From Lophium mytilinum (Eukaryota): a stretch of DNA of 64,000 bases. Position numbers and translations under genes: made by a program. Position 1 is the first letter of the stretch. Each line of letters opens with the position of its first letter. Shown piece by piece: positions 34,501-46,829 of the stretch. The notes beneath the pieces are model-generated. The model worked only from the letters and a program-made list of their open reading frames with translations, was not told the origin of the DNA and searched no databases. The stretch is from positions 1,751,918 through 1,815,917 of the forward strand of contig MU004188.1 of the NCBI GenBank assembly GCA_010093605.1. The letters are read 5' to 3'.

Positions 34501-37500
34501 AGACTATAGACTTCTTCTTAGTATTAATAATTTATAATTAGCAGGCCTTAACCTTATATAGAAGGATAAGCTAGAAATAAATAGATTATAATAAGAAGAC
34601 TAGTTCTTTCTACTAGAACTTCTTATAAAGAATATTCCTGCTAAATAAAAACTAAAAGTAAAGGCAACTAGAGTATTCCTAATAGTAGATGTTGTTATTA
34701 AGCTAGAATATAGCCTTAATATTCTAGCACGTTATTCTATATAGAAACTAGGCCTATAGTTATTTAAACTGTATATAGACTTTATAGATATAGAGAATAA
34801 TATTTATAGCTTTAGAGCGCACGCACTACTAGTAGATACTAATAATAATATTCTATTTATAAACTTTAGGTTAAGACTACTTATTCTTAAGAAAGGCTAC
34901 TAAATAGGCTATATAAAACCTTTCTATAGCAAGAATTAAAAAGAATAGAATATTAGAGTAAACCTTATATAAGTCTTTTAGGTAAAACCTGCTAAAGATA
35001 ACTTACCTAAAAACCCCGCAGAATTAGATAAAGCTAATGTACTAGATGCACTCTATATAAAGTCTATAAAGGATAATACTAATACACTTTAAGAAGATAT
35101 TAAAGATAACGCCCTAGAAATAGATATTCCGTTTATTATAAACCCTAAGAAAGATACTCTTATAGACTTACTCTAAGCTAACGTATATAAATAGAACTAG
35201 AGTTATAAAGAATAAGTACTTAAGTACCTTTAGAAGTATAGTAAGCTATAGAATAAAGCCTTTAGGCTATTTAATAATAGTATTAAAATGCTAATACTAT
35301 TTATAGATAAAAAGAATATCTATAGCCTAAAGTAGAGAGCCTATAGGCTGTTAGAATAAGATAAAAAGGCTATAGATAAAGTCCTTAACCCTCTAATAGT
35401 ATAAGGTTAAGTTAAAAAGATTCCTCTAGAATAATCTTTAGTAGTAGCCTCTCTAGCATTTATTATATAGAGAAATAGGAAGCTGCAAGTAGTAGTTAAC
35501 CTTTAGAAGATTAATATAAAGCTATATCTAGATATATACCCCTTACTAAGATAGAATAATATCTTTAATCTCTTAGAGGGAGCTATTATCTTCTCCTTAA
35601 TAGATATAACTAAAGGCTTCTTCTAATAATAACTTAAGAAGAGTAATAGGTAGAAAATAGGTTTTATTTCTATTTATAGGGGCTATAAACAACTTACTAT
35701 TACTATAATAGACTTAGTAAATACTCTAGGCTTCTTCTAATATTATATAGAGATATTATTTAGGCTATATCTATAGAAGTTTATTATAGTATATATTAAT
35801 AATATTCTAGTATACTTCTAGTTAAAAGAAGAATATATATAATACCTTAATAAGTACTTTATAGTACTAGAGTTAGCTAGAGTTATACTATTACTAGCTA
35901 AGTGCTATTTTATATACTCTAGCCTAGATCTCCTTAGTTACTATATATTATAACTAGAACTAAGTACTACTAAAGAAAAAATAGAAGCTATCTATAATAT
36001 GCAGTTTCTAAAGACGCTATAGAAACTAGAATTAGAACTTATATTCTTTAAATAGTACTATAAGTATATTAAGAGCTTTATAGAAATAATTTAACTACTA
36101 TAAGAACTAAAACTAGTTAGTCTAAAGAATAGCCTACTAAAAGGCCGTACGCGGAAGATATATACCTAGTAATAGGCTATTACTAATCCCTTCTAAGAGT
36201 GCCTAGGTGCATAGAAGCTTATAAAGAGTAAGCTATATAAATAATCTATACTAGCGCTACCTAACTACTATAGGCTATTTATTATTTATATTAATAGCTC
36301 TAAAGAAAGAGGATATAGATACGCCCTATACTAAATAGAAGCTAATAAGGTAGAATAACTAGTTACCTATATTAGTTATACACTTAAAAAGTATAAGAAG
36401 AACTACTAGGCTATAGAACTAGAAGTAGGAGCCCTAGTTTAGATACTCTATAAGCTTTAGTATTACTTTAATAGTAATAACTTTATAGTCTATATTAACT
36501 ATAAGGCCTTAAAATTAGCCCTCTAGACTAGAAGTAAAGAAAGATAGTTAGTAAGACTCTATAAATAGAAACTATATCTCTCTACCTTTCTAAGAATAAA
36601 GATTATTTATAAACCCGGGAAATACTATAAAAATACTAACGGCTTATCTAGACTGCCCGTAATAGGGGACCCTATAAGAGAAAATAGCAACTTAGCGTAG
36701 TATATAGCTATAATAATAGTATATATTAAACCTAAATATTATATAAAGATTATAGCTAACTTAAGAAAAGATAAGATATTCTAAATAATTCTAGAATATA
36801 TATAGAAGAAGGTAATAAAAGGTAAAGCCTCTTATTACTATAGCTTTATTCTTAAGGATAGCTTACTATATATTAGAGATAAGAATTATAGCTACCTCTA
36901 TCTACTAAGTAATATAGTTATAGATGCTATTAAGAAGGCCTATAAATATATAGGCTATAATAGTAGCACTAGAATATACTACTAATTATACTATAAGATC
37001 TTTACCCTAAAGCTTTATAGTAAGCTTAAAGAATAGGTTCTAGCTTATCTAGCGTGTAAGGTCTCTAAAATAAGAAAGCGGAAGCTATTTAGACTTCTAT
37101 AGCCTATTCTAGTACTAGATAAGCCTTTCTAAATAGTTGTAATTAATTTTATAGTAGCCCTACTACTTTTAGTAGAAGGTAATAATATTATACTAACTAT
37201 TACTAATAAGTTTATAAAGATAGTCCGCCTAATTATTAGTAAAGATACTAACTTAGTAGAAGTCTAGGTATAGAGGTTCTTTAATAGAGTCTACTATAAC
37301 TAGAAATTACTAGATAGTATTATTAGTAATTATAATTCTAAGTTTATAAGTACCTTCTAGAAAGAACTATTTACGCGCTATAAAGTTAATCTCTAAATAA
37401 TAATATTCTATTACCCTTCTATAGATAGATAAGTAGAGTGTATAAACTAAGTTATTAAGATAATATTATAATGCCTTCTTATTAGCTAATATAAGGTTAT

Positions 37501-38180
37501 ATAGTAGAGCTTACTACTATAGATAGAATATATAATTAATACTATAGTTACTACCTCTATAGGCTTTACTCTATTTAAAGTTACTTATAGCGTAATACTA
37601 AAGACCTTCTATAACTCTAATATATAAGATATAGAGTTTTTATAGAACTATAAGGTTATTTACTTAAAAGTTGCTAACGCGCTAAAGCTAGTATAAGCTA
37701 AGATAGTAATATACTATAATAAGAAATACACGCCGCCTAACCTTATAGACTTAGTCTACCTAAAAGTAGTAAAAGGTACTAAAATTAAATATTAACTTTC
37801 TAATAGCTCTTTACTATTACTAGTTAAAGTAGGGCTATTTAGAATAAAGTAATAAATTAGTAAGCTAGTATATAAACTAGAGTTACTAAAGAAATTTAGT
37901 TATATATATCTAGTTATTAGTATAGTATATCTAGAGTAAGCTATAGCCAACCTATATAACTATATATATCCTTCCCTATAGCTAGTTATTATAAAAGAAG
38001 TAGAGTAATAGGTTATAGAGAAGATTCTATACTATATTATAACTAAAAATAGTAATAAGTATAAAGTTAAGTAGAAAAATTATAATAAAATATTATAAGA
38101 ACCTGTTATATAGCTATAAGAAGATATTCTAGATATAGTAGCTAAATTTAAGGCGCGCCGGAAGAAGACCTTATATTAAC
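31530..38180 (+). pseudogene. Gypsy gag and pol relics
   Basis: Protease ILDLGTIITLID (~34280; D-S-G before RIP), RT LQVVVNL*KINIKLYLDIYPLLR (~35480) and VYINNILVY (~35790; YIDD), RNase H KNY*AIELEVG (~36400), integrase YYPSIDR*VECIN (~37410), chromodomain VIEKIL...YKVK*KNY (~38010-38085). Gag start approximate. Confidence 0.85.
32800..32995 (+). repeat. 27-bp and 33-bp coding-type tandem repeats in Gypsy gag
   Basis: About 3.7 units of TTARATAAGCTCTACYYCTAGAACCTT, then about 2.5 units beginning TAGTATAGATAGTTTAG. Confidence 0.75.
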
Positions 38181-38459
38181 TACTTTAAACTTTTAGCGTT
38201 TAGGTAACTATTACTCCGCGCTATTACTAAGTAATAAACTCTTAGCAGGTTAGTATTTTAGTAACTATTCTTCTATACTATTAGTAAGTAATAAGGTTAT
38301 TTATAGTATTATTAAGTAATATAGTCTAAGCGCTTGGCCTATATTATAATAACTTATTCTTAGACTAATACCTTTATCTTTTAATACCTTTATCTTTTAA
38401 TAACCTTATTATATAACTAAAGGTTAGTAACCCCCCCCTATAGTAATATAGCCGTGTTC

Positions 38460-41400
38460 TCCCGCATCTAGAAAGTAGATAATAGAAAAGGCGCCCTACC
38501 TAAAGACCTTATTAAGAATAAGAAGAAGAATAAATATACTTACTATAGCGCGGCCCGCTATAAGTTTAAGCTCTTTACTCTTTAGTATCTAGTAATAAAT
38601 AACCCGGCTAATTAGCTGCCTATAAATATATAATTAATAGACTAGTATATAGGTAAGCTATTACTTCTAGTTATATAGAGTAAGATAACTATAGTAACCT
38701 TAGCTATAATATACCTAGCGACCTTTATAAAGTAAGAAGGTCTTCTTAGAGATTATATAGAGGAGCTATATAGAATAGTAGTAGTAAAATAAAATAGTTA
38801 CTACTTACTTATATTTAGAGTAAGTATACTATATAGTAAAGAAAAAGTCTGCTTAAATCTTAGTATAATAGTTTCTAAAGTAAAAGTACCTAAGCACCCC
38901 CCTATACTAAGTTCTTCTAGAATTTAAGTATAGTAATAAAACCTAGAAGAGACTATATATATTATATAGAATAAATATAAGCTATAGATATCTCTTATTT
39001 ATAAAGGCGTTATTCTATAGTTTATATAAGATAAGTACGCAAGCTATAAAGATCTAGATATGTAACTACTAGAGAACACTATTATAAGCGATAAGGATAA
39101 TAATAATAACGCCCTAGAACTACCTAATAATAACTCTAATAATTTAATAAAGAGTAGAGACGGCGGCTTTATATCTAAAGTTTAAAAGAGTAAGAGTAAT
39201 AAGCTATAGCTATATAGTAGCCGGCTAGATATAAACTAGTAAGGTTACCTTAAAAAGATCTAGATTCCTAATATCGCGGACTAGCTAGAGCCTAAAGGGA
39301 AAATAAAGTATAATAAAGATAACTTAAAAGAAGCCTATATAGAGAACTCTAGTTAATAGTAAGCTATATAGAATATATTTATATTATAGATAGTATATTA
39401 GTACTATACTACCTATTATAATATAGTAATTAAAGAAGAAATCTATAGTTAGAATAAAGCTTACTAGGCCTATATTAAGGAGGTCTTCTCTATAGGCCGC
39501 CCTAGTAAGTTTAAACCGCAGGCTACCTATAAGAATACTAAGAAAGCGGAGTAGAAAATAGTAAAGAAGCTTACTATTAATAAAGAGCTCTAGAAGACTA
39601 TTAAGTATATAATAGTAAACTATACTCTAGTAATACTCTTTAACTTACTATAAGCTAGAATTCTAGCTAAGAAGTTCTATATAGCTAAGCATAATCTATA
39701 AGAAAACTTAATAGGCTATATAAAAATAAAGGCATAAAGAAATAAGCTCTAGAATAAAGTAAATATACTTTAAGAGAAACTTACGCATAAGACTAAACTT
39801 CTTACCTAGGCTAAATAATTAGAGAGCGGTAAAGAAGCCGGATTTAGAACTACTTAAGACTAACGCCTAATTACAGGCGCTAGCTATATCTTATAGGGTA
39901 TTTACGCCCGCACCTACTATAGATAGACTGCTTAGAGCTTTATATATAAGAAGACTATATAAGCTATAAATAGAATATTATTAGCGCTTACTACTCTAGC
40001 TAGTATTAACGCTATTACCTAAGGTATATCTATATAGAAAACTAGGGCTTATTAAGCTCTTTTTTAAGATATAGAGAAGTACTTAGAGAGAATTAATAAT
40101 AGCGCCGCTATTACTATAGCGTTCTAGTAACTAATTTATAAGAGTAGTAACTTATATATAAGCCTTAATAAAAAGGCTATTAAAGTAATAGAGGCTAATC
40201 TATAGAATATTATTATAAGAGGTGTAGGTATTAATTAAGGGGTATAGGCCCTTCTAGAATATAATATCCTTCTACTACCTCTAATAAGTAGAGTAGTAAT
40301 AACTACCTCTACCTTTCTTATAAATAATAATAAGCTATAAGAAACTAACTCTAACCCTTATATAGTATAATCTATTAAGATAATATTACTAGTAAGCTAA
40401 CCCTATATACCTAAGATAATACTAGAGAAACTAGGGTTTATCGCATTAGCAGCTTTAATAGAACCCGCAGTAATAACTACTAGTTTATAAGCTTATACCG
40501 CTAAGTAGAAGAAGATACTAATAGAACCTCTCTAGTAGAGTAGGAAATTACTATATACTCTATATATATTACTAATAGATACTCTAAAATTATAATATAG
40601 TATAAGAGATACTAATAAGATACTATCTAGAAAGCTATCTATATAGTATAATAGGCTAAAGCCTATAATACCTCTACGCGGCTACCTAGTATTATTAATA
40701 CTAACCCTAGTAAAACCTGTACTAGTAAAGCTAAAGAGTATAATAAGTAGTAGTATACTAAAAGTAATAACTATAAAGTAGAAGCTATTAAAGAATAACC
40801 CTATAACTAGGACTAGTATAACTTAGGCGTAACTAAAGCTAGAATAATAAGAGTCTAATAGCTTCTATATTAAATATAATTACCTAAAGAACTTATTATC
40901 TAGAGTAAACTATAATAATACTATAGTTAATAAGAATAAGTAAGTAGCCTTAGATAATAATAATCTAGTAAACCTAAGCGTAACCCCTCTAGAACTCTAT
41001 AATTTAATAAAGCCGGCCGCATAGAATATATTAGATAGTAAGAATAAAGAGATTATTAAGAAGAAAATTAATATAATAATAGTTAATATTAATAGCTATA
41101 TATCTAGTAGTAAAGATAATAGTAAGAATAAATAGCCTCTCTATAATAACCTTACTAGTAATAATTATACCCGCAATAACCCTGCCTATAATAACTCTAC
41201 CTATAATAACTCTACTAGTAATAACTCCTCTAACTACTCTACTAGTAAGAAGGACAATAATATTATATAAGGAGAAGTCGCCAGCGCAGCTATAGTATAC
41301 TCTAATCTTACTAAAGATAAAGAAGTTAGATAAAAGAAGTAAACTAAATAGCTATAAGTTCTTATTAGTAATAAGTAGCTAAAGAAGAAATATCTACCCG

Positions 41401-41520
41401 TATTAAGATACTCTACTAGAAAGATCTAACTAATAGAGAAAGTAAAGCTACTAGAGATAAACACGCCTATAAAGATATAGATAACACTATCTAAAGAATA
41501 AGGTTGCGGCGGCAGTAATA
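38460..41520 (+). pseudogene. Extra ORF relic between Gypsy pol and 3' LTR, unknown product
   Basis: One sense frame read by eye to ~40560 stays protein-like with TAA/TAG interruptions (NRKGALPKDLIKNK...EVFSIGRPSKFKPQ...LESGKEAGFRT...); coding-like sequence continues to ~41520. Ends approximate. Confidence 0.6.
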
Positions 41521-41609
41521 ATAGTAGAGGTAGCTATAGCCGGGGCTAAGTACTAATACTTCTTCTTTATTATACTATCTTAGAAGAGATAATTTTTAGG
41601 TGTAGTAAT

Positions 41610-41843
41610 TATTATATATAATATAACCCTATAGGGTGCAGGTAATATAGAGGTAGATAATAGAAAGAAAGAAATAGTTATAAGACTAGAATAGATAGCT
41701 ATAATATATTAGAGAGTTAGCCTCTAATACTTCTACTAATATATAATAGTTCTATACTATATATTTAAGACCTTATAATAATACTACTATATAACTACTA
41801 GTTATATATATATATAGCCTATAATAATAGCTTATCTATAATA
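41610..41843 (+). repeat. Gypsy 3' LTR
   Basis: Direct repeat of 31058-31291, followed by TSD GTAGT. Confidence 0.93.
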
Positions 41844-42172
41844 GTAGTGTAAATTATAGTAGTAACTATTAGCTATATTTTCTAGTTATTTTTAAATAAA
41901 TTAATAGACTATTAGTATTAGTTTTATATATATAAAGTAGGTAGACGTAAAATTAATATTATCTATAGAGTTTTAATTTTTCTTACTTATTTTATAAGCT
42001 AGCGGAAGCTAACCTAAATAAGCGCGTCTAATTAGCTAATTTCTTATATAATAGGTAGTAGTAATATTAGTTTATACGCTAGTAATAAAATAGAAAGGCT
42101 ATATAAAATAGAAAGGCTATATAAGTATAGTAATACTATAATTTAGCCTACTATAACCTTAATTCTATACTT

Positions 42173-43393
42173 CTATACGCCCTTCTTAACGCCTAGATAC
42201 TTCTTAATATTAGGCGTGCCTATATTATATACATCCGCTATCTAATTACCCTAGAAATAGCTTAAATAATTTATTAGTAGTACAGTAATAATATAATAGC
42301 TTTCTATAGGTAATAATTCTATTCTTATTACTAACCTAAATAAACTAAAACTCTAGTATTTTAATACTAAACTAAAGCTATACTTAATAGCTATATATAG
42401 GCTTACTATCTCTCTATTATACTAATATTAATTAGGGCGCTAAGCTATATATTTCTCTAGCCTCCCTTTAAAGGTACTAATTATACCCTATCTATTAATA
42501 TATATAGAATTACTATAAAAATACTAAACTTTCTCTAGTAGAAGGTTACTATATAGCTCTACTAGCTTTATAGATAGTCTAGACTCCTCTATTATTATAA
42601 AGTTGCTAGTACTACCTAGAAATAGCCTAGTAAGAGACTAGATTATGCTATTAGAAGTAATAATAGACTAGAACTTAAGGTAGTAGTACTTTTTATACCT
42701 AGAGTATATTATCTACTAGATCTAGAGGTTCTTTAGCTATATAATTAGGTAAGTAGTTCTATCTATATAGCCCTAGACTTTACTAATATCTAGGTAAGGT
42801 TCTATAGCTATTATATACTTCTCTAGCTTCTTACGCGTAAGCTACTACCTATTTTAGTATAGCTACTACTACTACTAATCTATAAGAAAAATAATAGTAT
42901 CTCTAAATATAGTATAAAGCTATAAGTAGCTATATTTAAATACTACTAGTATATTACTAAAGCGGTGTAGTATTAAGAGGCGCTAAAGAAGTATATAGAG
43001 TAAGAGAATTAAATAAGAATAATACCTATAAGTATACTTAATCTTATTAAGCTAGAGAAGTATAGCTAACTATCTAATTTCCTTATAGTTAAAGCGCATC
43101 TTAAAGCGCACGCGCTTATTAGTAAGCTTATTATTAAACTAGCATATAAAGTTAACCTAATTATATAGTAGTAGATTATATAGTTAAAAAATAAAGCTAT
43201 CTAGAACCTTATTAACTTTCTTTTTAGCCTCTATTTTATCTATCTTAGCGGCCTTATTATTAGCGAGGGTATATTCTTTCTTATCTAATAGCTCCGCGAG
43301 CTTACTAATATTAATAGTAGCGGCCGCAGTAGCTATAATACTACCTAGAAGGGCTATAAGAGTAGTAATATAAGAATTATAATAATTTTCTAT
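42173..43393 (-). pseudogene. PIF/Harbinger DDE transposase relic (~407 codons)
   Basis: Reads KMRFNYKEIR*LA, V*GYIDRTT (WGYIDGT), YSRYKKYYYLKF*SIITSNSII (YSGHKK.H.LKFQ...DG), YFYSNSIY (YGDSAY), YNREIVSLYIAIKYSFS (R.AVEHGFG), GN*IADVYNIGTPNIKKYL, all in one frame. Confidence 0.88.
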
Positions 43394-44392
43394 ATTTTAA
43401 TATATTTAAATAATTAAAATTAAATAAGATATAGGTACTAATAGCTAGTAGATAAAATCCTTACCTTATTATACTAAAATAATATCTAATCTATATTATT
43501 AGAGGCTCTATACTAATTACCTATAACCTTATAATCTATAATACTAAGCTAGGTAGCCTAAGCTATATATAGAGGCCTTAAACAGGTGGAAATTAAAATC
43601 TAATTTTTATAAAAATTACGCGTTAATGGCGGCCAGAGTAGCCCCCTATACTAATTTGTTAGTGTCACCACTAAAATTAGCACACCTCTTACCCCTCCAA
43701 GCCTAGCTGACCGCCGTGCAGATACTAGCGTAATTCCGTTAAAATCCGTCTATAGTTGAACGGGTCGTGTAGCTCAGAGGTGACAGGAGAATCACGACGG
43801 ATGCTAAGCTATGCGAGTCAGTTTCTGTTTGGGACGACCTGGTGTTTCGGCTCTTGTTCGCGGTTCATTGGAAGATACCCTGGATCTGCGGTGTCGAAAC
43901 CTTTCTTTTTAAAACGCCCGAAAGGCATAGGCCTGGATGTACATTATCCATATACCACTCACATCCTGACAGCGTTGAGCTCTGTGTTAGGGTCAAATGC
44001 TTTCTCAAATCACACAGTCGAACTCCCTCCATGCAGAAATGGCAAGTCAATCATGCTCCATTTTCTTCCCATAAGCCTCGGTATGTGCTTTTATATACTT
44101 GGACTCGAGATCGTCCAGGGTTGTTAAACGTATCGCAGGTCTCCAGACGGAGGCAGACAAGTTCACCGAAAATCGTGGAGTGGCGGGATATGGCAGATCG
44201 AACCAGGGGCCTTCAGAAAATTGGAATTGCTGTCAGAATGATGCCACTAAGGGTTCGAACCCGCATTATCTGTTACCGGGAACAGTCGTCACCTCGTAAG
44301 TACCCGATCCCATATTCCCACCAGGACTCCGCCTTCATACCCCAAACCACCGCCCGACATCCTAACCTAACTCAAAACGCCACGACCTGCAA

Positions 44393-46829
44393 CTAGTATT
44401 GAGTGTAAGGTCCACTTCCATATCCGCTCCACTGCCCTTCTCCGCCATGCGCCGGTGGTGGCTGCTGCTGTCCATACGGCTCTAACCCTTGCTGATAGGC
44501 TGTCGGCACGACATACGCGTTGTCTGCTACCCCTGGACCACCAGCACTAGCTTGATACTGTCCATGAGCACTGGCGCCGTACTGTCCGTGATCATAGGCA
44601 CTCCCTTGCGCTGCCTGGTATGCATACTCCTGTGGCGGCACACCCCCGGCATATTGGCTCTCATAGGGCTGGAAACTACCCCAGCCAGGCGATGGCTGCG
44701 GTGACAGACCCCGAGCATAAGGATCTGAGCCAGCGCCTTCAAAGTCCATATCTCGTGGGCGGTTTGGGTTGAGCAAAGAGAAGGGGCCTGAGGAGAGCTT
44801 TCCAAGGTTACCGATCCCGGGGATGTTGATGTTAGAAAGATTGGGGAAGCCAGACTGCTGGCCTTGGGATTGGCCACCATGGGTTGAGCTAGCTTGATGG
44901 GCAGAGTGTCCATGCTGTCCCTGGCCATGTGAGTGGTCGTTATCGCCAGAGTGATTCTTTCCCGAGCGCACGCTCTCGGAGGAGAGGATCGTGTTCAAGG
45001 AGTTTCCACGGTCTCCGCGGTCATCCACCCACCTCTTGACAACGTCGTACATGCTCCTGTGGATTTCGCAGTTAGGGTCGCGAATTGCCGGGTGGTGGAA
45101 AACGCGGACAACATCATTCAAAACTTGATCGACAGGAACGTCGGGGTGATCCCAGGCATAGACGATACGCGGTGCGACGTATTGCAAAATGGCCGCAGCG
45201 ACCTGGCCAGCGGGCTCATTGAGGATGTTGCTGAAGTGATCTTTGGACAATAGGGAGTGGGTCGGGTCGGTGCAATGCGGATCCGTCCATGGCTCGTACT
45301 GGTGATTTGCGCTGCTGTCAACAACAGCAGATGATCCTTCCTTCAGCTGCTTAGTGGCGGCAGCAATGATGGGCTGGATGAATGGGGCGAGGAGGGAAAG
45401 CACGAATAATGTCACTCGCTCCGTGATAGTGTCGATGAGCTTCTCTAGACCGGGAATCTTTGAGATAATGGCAGAGATCGAGCGGACAACATTGTCGCGG
45501 AAGGCGAGGATAGGGTAGATCTTGGGCACGATAGTGGCAGGGTCGAGGTTTGGGTTCATGCCTGGAATGCCGGGTCCTGGTGGGCCTCCCACAGAGCCAG
45601 GGGGAGCAGCAAAACTCGTGGACTGGTGTTGTTGGGGGGCAGCTCGAAAGTTACTGTATGGGTCTTGACCATAGCCATCGTAGGAATCCTGACTGTAGCC
45701 GCCACTTGCAGCTCGATTATTCTCTTCGAACTGCCGATCTGACTGAGCTTGAAGTGATCTAGCCTCCTCTATTAGGTTTCCAGTGCCTGGGACTTTGGAC
45801 AGGAGACCCGTCAAGGCATCGCATCCAGATTCGCCACCGGGGCCGCGCTTATTGTTACCAGCCACAGCGTCTGCCAGTGCTGTGTTTACTTCGTCGACTT
45901 CAGATTGCGTGAAGTGATCATTCGCTTCACCGAGAACGGAATGCAGGAAATCGACTCCACCGAAAGTGCCAGTGACGAGAGGAAAGACGTGCTTTCCATG
46001 CAAGTTGATCTGACTAGCGGTGCCGGTGTGTGCAAAGACGTTGGTGAAGCCAAGCTCACGCAGAGCGAGTTCGGTGTAGTTAGTGTGAGCGCCAAAATCC
46101 TCTAGACAGTGCAGACCTTGACCCAGGCATCGCAGGGCTTCACAGAGGTCTTCCTCGCGACCACGGTTTTGGCCATGAGTGTACAGACGGCCGTAGTGGA
46201 TTGCTCGGGAGAAGGAGAACTTGATGTAGCCAGCGGATGTAGCCCAACCACCGTATTCATTTGCAATGTAATTTTTCATGCCTAGAGGGCTTAGCACCAG
46301 AGCTGAGAGCTTATGGAATGTTGAAAATCTGCCTACCTGTGTTCGGGTCGATTGCTAACTCCTGTGGAGACACAGGAGGCCGCAGCCGAGGATCAAACTT
46401 GGTGGCATCCACGTTGTCGGCGTAGTCTTTTGGATTGTCGATGTGCTCTTCAGGTCTGTAGACGCCCAAGCGCTCACTGGTCACTTCGAACTCGGCAGTG
46501 GCATAGCCAAAGGACATGAATGCGAGGACCCAGACCAATATACGGATTGTCTCAGCTTGGACGCCTTTGAGGGTACCGACATCAAGGGCCTGACTATAGT
46601 CTCTCAGCCAATTGCCAAAGTAGACTCGCTTGATCATCATCGAGTTCCACTTGTGGCCTCGCAGACAAGCGACTGTGGCCAGCATATCCTCGATATCGCC
46701 ATGGCGCCAGTTGTGGCCCTCGACCTTGGAAATGGACGCGATGTTGCCCGCGCCGAAAGCGGCAGCCGGTGCTGGCAAGAGCACCAGGACGGCGATTGCC
46801 AGGAGTAAGAAGTACTTTGAGGACGACAT
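44393..46829 (-). CDS. HET-C family protein, probably the TinC/het-c2-type paralog (2 exons, intron 46282-46336)
   Basis: Signal peptide, FGAGNIASISKVEGHNWRHGDIED, VYFGNWLRDYSQ, YRPEEHIDNPKDYAD, GQGLHCLEDFGAHTNYTEL, DPTHSLLSKDHFSNILNEPAG, G/Q/Y-rich tail. Paralog assignment is from recollection of family sequences. Confidence 0.92.

Larger units (their letters stand above)
31058..41843 (+). mobile_element. Ty3/Gypsy chromodomain LTR retrotransposon, 10786 bp, RIP-inactivated
   Basis: 234-bp LTRs (31058-31291, 41610-41843); 5-bp TSD GTAGT (31053-31057, 41844-41848); domain order protease-RT-RNaseH-integrase-chromodomain. Confidence 0.95.
28948..43751 (-). mobile_element. PIF/Harbinger DNA transposon (~4.0 kb without the nested Gypsy), RIP-inactivated
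   Basis: TIRs AGACGGATTTCA (28948-28959) and TAAAATCCGTCT (43740-43751), flanked by ATA on both sides (28945-28947, 43752-43754); Harbinger-type DDE transposase relic plus a second convergent ORF relic. Confidence 0.85.

Noticed and set aside
42983..43025. Intron in the Harbinger transposase
   Set aside because: GT...AG is present, but the segment reads through in frame as plausible transposase sequence.
43651..43710. Helitron 3' end (hairpin plus CTAG)
   Set aside because: The hairpin is AT-rich, CTAG spacing is poor, no RepHel relic is present, and the TIR/TSD lie further right.
28948..43751. Starship or other tyrosine-recombinase giant element
   Set aside because: No DUF3435/YR-like relic seen; the island is fully explained by a TIR-bounded Harbinger plus a nested Gypsy.
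43756..44396. ORFs between the transposon and het-c
   Set aside because: Non-ATG starts and no motifs; better explained as the displaced MFS 3' region and het-c 3' UTR.
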